This document shows positions 38,340 to 50,230 of a DNA stretch of 64,000 nucleotides, one piece after another (the stretch's first letter is position 1; each line of letters begins with the position of its first letter). Position numbers and translations under genes: made by a program. Under the pieces are notes generated by a model. The model was not told the origin of the DNA. It saw nothing but the letters and a program-made list of their open reading frames with translations, and ran no database searches. This DNA comes from Octopus bimaculoides. Taxonomy: Eukaryota. The DNA lies in assembly GCF_001194135.2 (NCBI RefSeq), contig NC_068982.1:73303069-73367068 (forward strand), written 5' to 3'.

Positions 38340-39229
38340 ATACACACACACACACACATGCACACGTACATACAAAAAAGATGTACGCATATGTATTGAT
38401 GTACGTACGTATACATGACAATACACCCTTTCACCTACTCTCTGTCTCTCTCTCCTTTTCACTCTCTCTCTCCTTTCCACTCTCTCTCTCTCTTCTATCT
38501 CTCTTCCTCTTTTTCTCTCTTTCACACTTTCTCCTCTCTTTCACTTTAAAACAAAAATAAATAAATAAATTTTACGGAAATTAACGAACTTCGGATAACA
38601 AGCGAAATATCTCCATTAACTTGAAAATAATTCTAAAAAAACACTAAAATATTGTCTGTTTAAAGAAAGCTAAAATATAAATACTTACTGTGCTAACAAC
38701 TTACATTTTTGAAGTCATATTCAGTTAAAATATTTCTAAATGGTTAAAATATTGTGTACGTCAAAAAGTCGACGGTTTTTTACTTCTCAGAGAACGCGAA
38801 GACTACGTGTGTGTATTTGTCACAGATAGTGTACGTGTGTTTGTGTTGATTGACACGCCATGACATTCATTATATGTGTGTGTATTCTGTACGTGTGTAT
38901 GTGTTGACAGCACGGAAGCCATGTTTTTTTCATCAAGAAATAACAAACAAAATTATGTTTAATCGTTTTCATTAATAAATAGAGGTCTAGATATCACAAA
39001 AAGTTACACTGTACTGCCGAAGGTAAGTATGAAAATAATATGCAAAAAAATTAAGACAAAACATACTATTTCTGAGATATTTCGGGTACACATAAACATC
39101 TCTAGAGTTTTAGTATTATCAAGATGTGAATGTGTTTCTACGTGCATGAGTGTATGTATGTTTGTGTGTTACATGTGTGTGTGTGTGCATGTGTGTGTGT
39201 GCATGTATCTGTGTATGTGTGTGCATGTA

Positions 39230-39276
<47 letters not shown>

Positions 39277-39679
39277 GTGTGCGTGTGTGTGTGTGTGTGT
39301 CTAAATTGCGCTGAGGTCGACTACACCTTTTGTCCTTTCAGAGTCGGTAAAATAAAGTACCAGTCAAGTACTGGAGTCGATGGTATCGACTTACTCCTTG
39401 CCACCACTTCTATCATTGACGCGTTTCATAAAAGACACTGGTAGTTTAAATAAACTGACCGTCTTCTCTGGGAATCGAAGCCAATTTTGCATTCTGGGAA
39501 AATTCTCTCACTGCACCAGGAAATTTATCGTTTGTGTGGTATAGGAAGATCCGATTATGGTTGTTTGTGACATTCTGAAGATCGTATAAACGACAAATCG
39601 AAGTGTTGTTTCACCAAACTGCTTCGACTGTTTGTATAAAATTAGATCAGTTTAATTCAGAAGAGTTGTTTGGTATGAA

Positions 39680-39860
39680 GATACCGTGGCCTAGTGGTTA
39701 GAGATGTTGGAATTATGATTGTAAGGCCATGGTTCGATTCTTAGATTGGGTATCGCGTTATGTTTTTGAGCAAGGCAACTCATTTGCCGTTGCTCCAGTC
39801 TCCTCAGCTGTAAATGAGTACCAGCCGACCTGACCTGCTAGCATATCTTGCCCCCACCCT
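39680..39860 (+). mobile_element. Diverged tRNA-derived SINE with CORE-like domain
   Basis: A-box TGGCCTAGTGG, B-box GGTTCGATTC, then TTGAGCAAGGCAACTCA...CAGCTGTAAATGAGTACC. Confidence 0.6.
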
Positions 39861-40264
39861 TTCTCTTTCTCTCTCTCTCCACCCCACCTCCAGCTGTCAC
39901 ATGCTCCATGTCCCACTGGCGACTGCACAGGCACCCAAAACAATAAGCGAAAGCGTGGTATAAGCCACCACTTCATACTCGCTTGCTAGTGACGACTGGA
40001 CGATATTCCTTAGGTTGTTTTTTGCTTATCATGTTTGATGATAGAATAGAGTACTGCCGTATATGTTAATAAAATGAGAGAAGCTGAATTCGCAATCAGG
40101 TACCGTGTGGAAACCATTTCCTTTCTTTCTTATATCACTAAATCTCTTGACAAATGAATCTACGTTACAACTTCTTATTCCCTTCTAAACACCACAGGAT
40201 GTCCTCTAGATTCCTAGAAATCTGAGACTGTGTCTATAGAATACTTTCAAATTTTGCTACAAGA

Positions 40265-40620
40265 CCAGCCATTTCGGTGAGAGTAGGTGAATCGAAAGGT
40301 AAAGTTCATTTCGGCAGGATCTGAACTCAGAACGTAAAGAGCAAGAAGAAATGCAGTTATGCGTTTTGTCCAATGCACTATTCTCACAGCTCACCGCCTT
40401 TAATGGCTTCAAATTTTGGTGGAAATCCATCGATTTTTTAGTGTGAGTAGCTAAGTCGATTAGGTCGACCCCAATGCTCAACTGGTACTTTATTTTATCG
40501 AACCTGAAACGATGAAAGGCAAAAATCGACCTTGGTGGCATTTTAGCTCAGAACGTACGACCGAAAGAAGTACTGCTATGCACTTTGTCCGACGCGCTAA
40601 CGATTCTGCCAGCTCGCCAC
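40265..40620 (-). mobile_element. Two tandem SINE family B copies
   Basis: Heads end at about 40400 and 40620; reverse match to family B. Confidence 0.8.
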
Positions 40621-41738
40621 CTACTTGTGTCTATATATTGATGTGGCGTTGATTTTTCAGAATTACCAAAACAAAGGTCGTTAAACACAAACAGGCTTCT
40701 CTGTGTTTTGTTAATTAGCTAATTAGCTATTGGTTTCAAATTAGCTATTGGTTTCTAATTACCAAATTCACTTAGGCTGAAGTGAAATGGCAGATACGTT
40801 ATTACTGTTATTNNNNNNNNNNNNNNNNNNNNNNNNNNNNNNNNNNNNNNNNNNNNNNNNNNNNNNNNNNNNNNNNNNNNNNNNNNNNNNNNNNNNNNNN
40901 NNNNNNNNNNNNNNNNNNNNNNNNNNNNNNNNNNNNNNNNNNNNNNNNNNNNNNNNNNNNNNNNNNNNNNNNNNNNNNNNNNNNNNNNNNNNNNNNNNNN
41001 NNNNNNNNNNNNNNNNNNNNNNNNNNNNNNNNNNNNNNNNNNNNNNNNNNNNNNNNNNNNNNNNNNNNNNNNNNNNNNNNNNNNNNNNNNNNNNNNNNNN
41101 NNNNNNNNNNNNNNNNNNNNNNNNNNNNNNNNNNNNNNNNNNNNNNNNNNNNNNNNNNNNNNNNNNNNNNNNNNNNNNNNNNNNNNNNNNNNNNNNNNNN
41201 NNNNNNNNNNNNNNNNNNNNNNNNNNNNNNNNNNNNNNNNNNNNNNNNNNNNNNNNNNNNNNNNNNNNNNNNNNNNNNGTGGTGGTGGTGGTGGTGGTTG
41301 TGGACTCTTTTGCTGCTACTGCTGTTGCTGTTGTTTTTAGGTGGTGGGTGCCTGTATGGAAATAGAGTTTCGTTTGAAATAGATTGTTACGTACCAACTG
41401 TCAAACTGTCATATACACAACCAGGGCCGCTGCTACACACAGAATGAGACGTGTTGGCGCAGTTGTTTGGGTGCTGACGATTTGGCACGGCTGAGAGTCA
41501 CCGTTTTGGCATCAGTACTTTTAGACGCTAGAGGCGCGTAGAAATATACACACATAGAAAGAATGTATGTGTGTGTGTGAGAGAGAGGGGGTCGAGAGAA
41601 CAAGAAAGACATTAGAACGAGAAAAACATTAAAACAAAAAATTAAAACCTCTGGTGTCAAATAAGTCAGCATCGACCCAGCAACGACAAATAAGCGTCAA
41701 TAAAATGGCTGTACCAAAACTTCTCATACACTGCTACA

Positions 41739-42096
41739 GTTGTTGGCACTCCGTCGCTTACGACGTCGAGGGTTCCAGTTGAAATTAACGTGCAAGTGGC
41801 TGAGCACTCCACAGACACGTGTACCCTTAACGTAGTTCTCGGCGGATATTCAGCGTGACACAGTGTGACAAGGCTGACCCTTAGAATTACAGCCACAACA
41901 GAAACAGGAAGTAAGCGTGAGAGAAAGCTGTGGTGAAAGAGTACAGCAGGGTTCGCCACCATCCCTTGCCGGAGTCCCGTGGAGCTTTAGGTGTTTTCGC
42001 TCAATAAACACTCACAACGCCCGGTCTGAGAATCGAAACCGCGATCCTATGACCGCGAGTCCGCTGCCCTAACCACTGGGCCATTGCGCCTCCACT
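41739..42096 (-). mobile_element. SINE family C (tRNA-Arg-like head), with 13 bp TSD
   Basis: A-box TGGCCCAGTGG and B-box GGTTTCGATTC; ATACACTGCTACA repeated at 41726-41738 and 42097-42109. Confidence 0.92.
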
Positions 42097-42434
42097 ATAC
42101 ACTGCTACATATCAGGTACATACGACATTTACCAAAGGTACTAAAATCTGAAGGAGCTACTTAAATTTTTTGATCTAACCAAAAACACAGTCTCTGTAAT
42201 AAAGGGAGCAGTAGAGGTCACTTCTGGATCTCAGAAGGATAGTGGATAGGGTAAGGATAGAGCAGTGGAGACATAAATGTCATGTAATGTCATGACCTGT
42301 CACATGGTTTGGTGTGAAGCATTTAAAATGTTGCCAAATAAAAAACTTTAATCAATAGTGTACATGCTAATAGAAATATATATTTCTTCTACGTATGTTA
42401 ATCACGATTTTTCAACAGCATTTTTCATACATGG

Positions 42435-42990
42435 AGAGCATGTTATAGAGCTGAGAAAAGACAATAGACATTGTCGGGTTGGGAAATGGGGTTATATATT
42501 GTAGGGCTGAGAGAAGATGACGCACGTTATAGAGCTAGGAGAAAGGATTAGATTGTAGAACTAAGAGAAGAAGCGAACTGTGAAGGGATGATAGAAGAGG
42601 AAGAAGCGGATGCACATCGTACACGCTTAATAAGGAAAGAAGAAGTGGGTGCACAGTGTAGAGTAAAAAGAAGCACGTGCACATTGTAGGGCTGGGAGAA
42701 AAGAAACTCATTGTAGGGTCGGAAGTAGGGAAACGAGAGTGCACATTATAAGGCTGCGAGATGGGATGTACACTGTAGGGAAACAAGAAGAGGTCGCACA
42801 TTGTAGGGTTGAGAAATAGGGGTGCGTATAGCAAGTGTGAGTGAAAGGGCATACATAGTAAACCTGGGAGTAGAAGGTGTGTGTTACAAGGCTGCACACT
42901 GTAGGAACGGGGGTAGATAGTGCACGTTCTAGGGACGAGCGATAGTCGTGCACAATGTAGGTCCAGGAGAAGAGGGTTCACACATTGTAC
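42435..42990. repeat. Degenerate minisatellite, about 20 units of roughly 25-35 bp
   Basis: Recurring GCACATTGTAGGGCTG-like core with variable purine-rich remainders. Confidence 0.75.
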
Positions 42991-43052
42991 GATTGCCCTC
43001 TGTTGCTGAATATTTTAGCAGAGATCCAAAAACAGCCTTTCTTCTGAAGGCA

Positions 43053-43117
<65 letters not shown>

Positions 43118-43157
43118 NNNNNNNNNNNNNNNNNNNNNNNNNNNNNNNNNNNNNNNN

Positions 43158-43301
43158 CACGTGGTTCCGGGTTCAGTTCCATTGCGTAGCACCTCGGTCA
43201 AATGTCTTCTACTATAGATCCCGCGGGCCAAAGCTTTACAAATGTGGATTAGGATAACAGAAATTGAAAACGACCCCGTCATGTGTGCTTATATATGTGT
43301 G

Positions 43302-43372
<71 letters not shown>

Positions 43373-43860
43373 ATATATATATAATACATATATATATACA
43401 TACATATGTGTGTGTGCCTTTGTGTTTATGTTATTATGTTTGTTCTCCACCACCGCTTGACAACCGATGTTGATTTGTAGTAAAAATTGTTTGCCAACAT
43501 AACATGGCAGTCCTGGTTTAGGACGAATCGTCTCCAGTTGGCTATACGACACGATCTGTGTCCTTATATTTTCGAACAAGGGAATCTAGCACCCCCACTC
43601 ATTCCCTTGTTCAAAAATATAAGGACACAGATCGTGTCGTATAGCCAGCTGGAGACGATGTCTCCTGGGGCAAATTACAGCAACATTCGTCCTAAACCAG
43701 GACTGCTGGCAAACAATCTTTACTACAAAGTACTGTCGCTGAATATCTCACGTTGTGAGATTTAAAAATAGTTATTTCCGATGTTGATTTGTTGACGTCC
43801 TCATCACATAGCGGTTCTGCAAAAGAGATCGATAATGTAAGTACCAAGCTTAAAAATATG
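43158..43860 (+). mobile_element. SINE family A with expanded internal microsatellite and a nested insert at 43478-43777
   Basis: The 5' and 3' parts are colinear with 54979-55428 once the insert is removed. Confidence 0.8.
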
Positions 43861-43896
43861 TACGAGAGTCAATTCTTTCGACTGAAAAAAGAGACC

Positions 43897-44872
43897 TTCA
43901 ATGGTCTTCTGGTGAATACGGTGGATGACAGAGTACTTCCAAGTTCAGTTCCTGCAACTTGAGCAGCGTTCTTTGTGCAACATGTGGTCGAGCATTGTCT
44001 TGCAAAAGAATTGGCCTGTCTCCATTGACCAATCTCGGTTGTTTAATTATAAGTTCACTTATCATTTCATCCAATTGTTTGATGTATACACCCGCTGTAA
44101 TTGACTTACCAGGTCTCATGAAGCTGTAGTGGATGACACCGGTGCTGGACCATCAAACAGACACCCTTAGCTATTTTTGGTGAATATTCTTTTTTGGATT
44201 GCACTTTGACACTTCACCTCTATCCAACCACTCTATTTTTCATCACACGTACCAATACGATGCAAAAATGTTTCGCTTTTATGATGTATCAACAAAGAAC
44301 AGCAACTTTCAAGACAACGTGCCATTTGATGCGCATTCAGTTCGTGTGGTACCCACTTGTCCAGCTTCTTTACCTTGCCAAATTTGTTCCAGATGGTCCA
44401 ATACAGTTGGAATCGAAACATCAAACCTTGCTGCTAACTCATGCGTAGTTTGAGATGTATCCGCTTCCACTCACCATTATCCACCTTTGTCTCAGGTCTA
44501 CCACGGGGGTGATTTTCAAGAGAAAAGTCACCAGACCGGAACTTCTCAAACCATCAACATACAGTACGCTAATTCGCCACATCTTCACCAAACACCTCAT
44601 TGATGTTTCGAGCTATTTAGGATGCATTGGTTCCACAACGGAACTCATATTCATAAACAACACGAATTTTTTTATCAATCCATGAGTTCACAAGAATTGA
44701 TTTACAAGACAAAACTCACAATATAGTCAGATACCATGAATTACATTTCGAAAAGTGATGATGTAATTCTTCAATGTTGCAAAACAAAGAATTGTCAGAA
44801 TAAAAGATTAGAATTAACGATTGTCAAACTTGGTGCATAAGAAAATTGAACATTTCATTCTTAATGACCTGA
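43897..44872 (-). mobile_element. Mariner element, 3'-truncated, decayed transposase
   Basis: KLDKWVPHEL, RIGTCDEK, LLQDNARPH and HPPYSP motifs; 5' end at a TA run. Confidence 0.92.
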
Positions 44873-46244
44873 TATATATATATAAAGTGGTGATGTTTGT
44901 ATTTGTAATACTAAGCAAGTGTAGACGTAAAGGACACCAATACGTTAATATTTCTGTTCTGCTTCTTGTCTATTAATTCCCTGACAGCGTTTATGTTTTT
45001 CACGTTCTTAACACAACCGTATTGAAATTGAACGGTACTACCAAGGTGTCGAAACCATAATGATATCTGTTAGGTAGCTGATGATGTGTATAGATGTTTG
45101 ATAACTGTTAATCTTTTCTATCTTGTAATCTCGTTGTTGGCCTTCATTCTTATAATGTTGAACTTGTAAAAGGGTTCCTGGTTTCTTGGTTTATGGTTGT
45201 TTTGTTGCACACACACTTATATGGGTATATATTAATAGATATACATATACGCGTGAATATAGATGTGCATATTTACATTTATATATATATATATATATAT
45301 ANNNNNNNNNNNNNNNNNNNNNNNNNNNNNNNNNNNNNNNNNNNNNNNNNNNNNNNNNNNNNNNNNNNNNNNNNNNNNNNNNNNNNNNNNNNNNNNNNNN
45401 NNNNNNNNNNNNNNNNNNNNNNNNNNNNNNNNNNNNNNNNNNNNNNNNNNNNNNNNNNNNNNNNNNNNNNNNNNNNNNNNNNNNNNNNNNNNNNNNNNNN
45501 NNNNNNNNNNNNNNNNNNNNNNNNNNNNNNNNNNNNNNNNNNNNNNNNNNNNNNNNNNNNNNNNNNNNNNNNNNNNNNNNNNNNNNNNNNNNNNNNNNNN
45601 NNNNNNNNNNNNNNNNNNNNNNNNNNNNNNNNNNNNNNNNNNNNNNNNNNNNNNNNNNNNNNNNNNNNNNNNNNNNNNNNNNNNNNNNNNNNNNNNNNNN
45701 NNNNNNNNNNNNNNNNNNNNNNNNNNNNNNNNNNNNNNNNNNNNNNNNNNNNNNNNNNNNNNNNNNNNNNNNNNNNNNNNNNNNNNNNNNNNNNNNNNNN
45801 NNNNNNNNNNNNNNNNNNNNNNNNNNNNNNNNNNNNNNNNNNNNNNNNNNNNNNNNNNNNNNNNNNNNNNNNNNNNNNNNNNNNNNNNNNNNNNNACAAG
45901 CAGGCGTATTAGTTTAACGCTCGGGAAGAATGGAAAGAGATAAAAAAAAAAACGGAGAAAGAATGAAAAGAAATAAACGGTGAGGAAAAAAAAGTGTAGA
46001 GATTAACGGTTCAACATATGAGAGGTGAATATATTTAACCACTCGTCATCGTTAGGGATGAGGCCGCTTCGTAGCCTTCATCGTGTAATAATAATTTCAG
46101 TGTATAATGAATTATTTTATATATATATGTTTATATGTACGTACGTACGTATGTACGTATGTATGTATGTATGTATGTATGTATGTATGTATGTACTGTC
46201 TGTGTGTGTGCGCGCATACACGCACCAGTGCATGTACGCTTTAT

Positions 46245-46400
46245 CGACACAGGTATGGGTATTTGGTTAAGTAGCTCACTTTGCAGCCACGAGTTTCGGA
46301 TTCAGTCTGATTGCGTGAACCCGTGTCTTTTGCTATGGGCTCCGACCAACAAATGCATTGTGAATTTGGTAGACGGAAACTGTATGGAAGACCGTCATAT
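46245..46400 (+). mobile_element. SINE family A 5' half leading into (TG)n and a gap
   Basis: GAATTTGGTAGACGGAAACTG...CCGTC followed by the microsatellite. Confidence 0.75.
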
Positions 46401-46401
46401 A

Positions 46402-46461
<60 letters not shown>

Positions 46462-47599
46462 NNNNNNNNNNNNNNNNNNNNNNNNNNNNNNNNNNNNNNN
46501 NNNNNNNNNNNNNNNNNNNNNNNNNNNNNNNNNNNNNNNNNNNNNNNNNNNNNNNNNNNNNNNNNNNNNNNNNNNNNNNNNNNNNNNNNNNNNNNNNNNN
46601 NNNNNNNNNNNNNNNNNNNNNNNNNNNNNNNNNNNNNNNNNNNNNNNNNNNNNNNNNNNNNNNNNNNNNNNNNNNNNNNNNNNNNNNNNNNNNNNNNNNN
46701 NNNNNNNNNNNNNNNNNNNNNNNNNNNNNNNNNNNNNNNNNNNNNNNNNNNNNNNNNNNNNNNNNNNNNNNNNNNNNNNNNNNNNNNNNNNNNNNNNNNN
46801 NNNNNNNNNNNNNNNNNNNNNNNNNNNNNNNNNNNNNNNNNNNNNNNNNNNNNNNNNNNNNNNNNNNNNNNNNNNNNNNNNNNNNNNNNNNNNNNNNNNN
46901 NNNNNNNNNNNNNNNNNNNNNNNNNNNNNNNNNNNNNNNNNNNNNNNNNNNNNNNNNNNNNNNNNNNNNNNNNNNNNNNNNNNNNNNNNNNNNNNNNNNN
47001 NNNNNNNNNNNNNNNNNNNNNNNNNNNNNNNNNNNNNNNNNNNNNNNNNNNNNNNNNNNNNNNNNNNNNNNNNNNNNNNNNNNNNNNNNNNNNNNNNNNN
47101 NNNNNNNNNNNNNNNNNNNNNNNNNNNNNNNNNNNNNNNNNNNNNNNNNNNNNNNNNNNNNNNNNNNNNNNNNNNNNNNNNNNNNNNNNNNNNNNNNNNN
47201 NNNNNNNNNNNNNNNNNNNNNNNNNNNNNNNNNNNNNNNNNNNNNNNNNNNNNNNNNNNNNNNNNNNNGTGTGTGTGTGTGTGTGTGTGTGTGCATCTTA
47301 CAATAATTCTGCGTATCATTGCGTTACTTAGCCCGTTGGTAACGCTTTCACGTGCTTAAGCAAAAAGAGAGAGAAAGAAAAGAGGGAGAAAGAAAAATAG
47401 AGAGGGAGAAAAAGAAGGAGAGAGAAGCGTCCATGACGTGAAGTAGAAGAAAATGTAACTGTAACGCTTTCACACGATTAGTTGAAGGGAAAGAGAGGCG
47501 GAAGAAAAATGATGCTGTATGACGTGTGATCTACAAGGGAGATTATTTTAGGTTACCTTTTAGTTTACTTTTCAATTTCTAAAAACCCGTAAGATGTTG

Positions 47600-47990
47600 A
47601 TTAAAGATTTTTATAATGTGATCAGCAACGAAACGAAGGCAGTTGCATTTTTACAAGAAACCGGCACTAAATTCACATCATTCCTTAACAAAATTTGCTC
47701 ACATAGATCACACGGAAAGTAGGACTAATGCAGAGTAAAGGAAAAAGTAATCTAAAGTAATCTCTCTTTAAATTATAGATCACACACCAAATAGCACCTT
47801 TCTTTTTAAGAAATGGTGAGAATTTAGAGCTGGTGATTGGATAGTGAAAAGTGTATTTTTTTTTTAATTGAACTAAGTTTTTTATATCATCTATCACTTA
47901 ACGATGCACATTAGTGCAATTCCGTGAAACAATTCGAGGTTCCGATGAAGTTATAAAGTGTTTTTCATGCATTCAACTATGAGTCCACTG
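47600..47990 (+). mobile_element. Possible Merlin/IS1016-like transposase N-terminal relic
   Basis: FYNVISNETKAVAFLQETG resembles such N-termini; the remainder is unreadable. Confidence 0.25.
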
Positions 47991-48099
47991 CATCTTATAG
48001 CAGAAACGGTTGTAAGCTAATGAAGGTCATAACATAATCGCTTTTTTTTTTTCTCCCTTTGTCATCTCATTTTCTTATTACCGCTCTATACTCGTTTAA

Positions 48100-49715
48100 C
48101 ACTTCGTTTTTGTTTTCGTTTTAAGTAACGGCGGTCAACGTCGCTGTTAAAGTGGAAATTATGTGTGCTGGTTAGTATCTCCTGGGTTTTCACTTCGATG
48201 GCTTAGATCTCATCAAGTGTCCAATCAAGTAGCCCAAATGTTGGTATGACTACTGGTACCGTAAACAAATTGTGAGCCACTTTTTTATTGAATGCAGAGA
48301 ATTTAGGGGTCCATATTTTCTTTATCCGGCTGTAATATTATTTATTGGAACGTGTCTTGTTACAGGTACCATCGTAAGATATGTTTTCATCTCTTCCTTG
48401 GAACCTGTAACATTCCTCATCAGAAACAGTTAAGTCATTGATGGAGATGCTGCTTGTCTGGTTCATAGTTTTCTCTCTTTTCACAACCATATAGCAGCAT
48501 TTATCCTAACCAAAATCCAACCCTATATCTTTTGTGAATGTTGTAACTAGGTCAAGGATCTTTTTCATCACATGTATATTCTTGGCATAGTTTCGAGTCG
48601 TCCACAAAGAAACAGTGTGTAATTTTGGTATTTCTGTTTCCTTGTGAACCAGTGAGATAGCATTCAGACATTCTTAACATGAATGACAAGGGGTTTACAG
48701 AAAGTATAAAGAACATCACAGAGAGTCTGTCTCTTTGGAATATACCTCTGCGATACTGTTTTCTTAGTGATAATACAATCACACTTTGTATTTAATTTCA
48801 AGATGGTGGCTCATGATGAAATCAGGTCAGCTATGGCTTTGACTATGCTCACTGGAACTAGCAAGTCGAAAAGCTTCTAGTATCCATGAGTGGGGGACAG
48901 AGTCAAAAAGTTTCTTGTAGTCCAACCACATTGAAATTAAGTTCCTCCTATACTACCGCACCTCTGACATTACAGTTTTATTTATCAACAATTCCTCGGC
49001 ATATCACCAGATTCCCTTCTTCCCAGCTGTTTGTTCTGCTGGGATGATGTTAATACTTTCCTGGAGGAAGAGATTTAAACATGCTGTCTATATTTTATAC
49101 ATTAAGTTCTGGCATGAAATCGGCCGGTAGATTTTTGTCATGCGGATGATTCTGTTTTCGGGGATCACTTTTCTCTCTATTAGTGTGGTATGCTACTATT
49201 TCCACTGATAGCTTGCTGGTAATGGCTGATAAGATATGGTCAGTAGAAGGTTAGCTTCTTGTACCAGTATCCAACAATCTAGTCTCTTCCAAGCGCTTTT
49301 CCATCCTGAAGTTTCTGGATTACAGTCATAAGGTTATCACCATCAATGTTGTATACCTTGGATGTAATGCAGGAACAATAACCTCTTCGGATTTCTTCCT
49401 GCCACAGAGCATTTCGGTTAAATTCCATCTCTTCGCTTCAGATTTTCCTCCAGGTGTCTATGTCTTCTTGTGAAGGAGCTTCTATATTTACTGTTTTTCA
49501 TCTCATGTTTCCGTACACTGCTGCCTGATTCCGTTTACATTTTTTGTTTATTGTTTTTCGTTGTTGTTTTTTCGGTTATTCTCCTCTGATGTCGGAGTTT
49601 CTCACCGAGAACTTTTAGTTTCTGCTTCAGAGTGATCACTTTGCAATTGAGTGTTTTCTTTTTGCTTTCTCCAAACACCACTTCTATTTCCGTCTTCACT
49701 TTTTCTTGGTGAGAC

Positions 49716-49746
<31 letters not shown>

Positions 49747-50230
49747 GGCACTCCGTCGCTTACGACGTCGAGGGTTCCAGTTGATACGATCATAAAAACA
49801 GCCTGCTCGTGAAATTAACGTGCAAGTGGCTGAGCACTCCACAGACACGTGTACCTTTAACGTAGTTCTCGGGGATATTCAGCGTGACACAGTGTGACAA
49901 GGCTGACCCTTTGAATTACAGGCACAACAGAAACAGGAAGTAAGAGTGAAAGAAAGTTGTGGTGGAAGAGTACAGCAGGGTTCGCCACCATCCCCTGCCG
50001 GAGCCTCGCGGAGCTTTAGGTGTTTTCGCTCAATAAACACTCACAACGCCCGGTCTGGGAATCGAAACCGCGATCCTATGACCGCGAGTCCGCTGCCCTA
50101 ACCACTGGGCCAATGCGCCTCCAGACAGGGCATATAGACAGACGTTAATCTGCCAGTTTCATTACACTGCTGTAAATATTCCTATCCAGTTTCATTTATA
50201 GCTTTTAATACTATGTTGGTCTTTTGCTTA
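48100..50230 (-). mobile_element. Second R4/Dong-like LINE RT relic, interrupted by a family C SINE
   Basis: DYKKLFDSVPHSWI, RRGIFQRDRLSVMFFILSVNPLS, KITHCFFVDDSKL and DIGLDFG*DKC; the frame resumes across the SINE. Confidence 0.8.
49720..50139 (-). mobile_element. SINE family C with (CTAA)n tail and 8 bp TSD
   Basis: Highly similar to 41739-42096; AGACGTTA at 49712-49719 and 50140-50147. Confidence 0.92.

Noticed and set aside
39570-39605. CTGAAGA followed by a TCGT/ACGA stem
   Set aside because: No GAAA, stem III or cleavage triplet follows.
42030-42094. tRNA-like sequences here and in other SINE heads
   Set aside because: A and B boxes are present, but there is no complete cloverleaf and each continues into a SINE body; not tRNA genes.
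42435-42990. CRISPR-like array
   Set aside because: Cores are too variable and spacers are related to each other; this is a decayed minisatellite.
45050-45100. GAAAC and CTGATGA close together
   Set aside because: The required helices cannot be formed.
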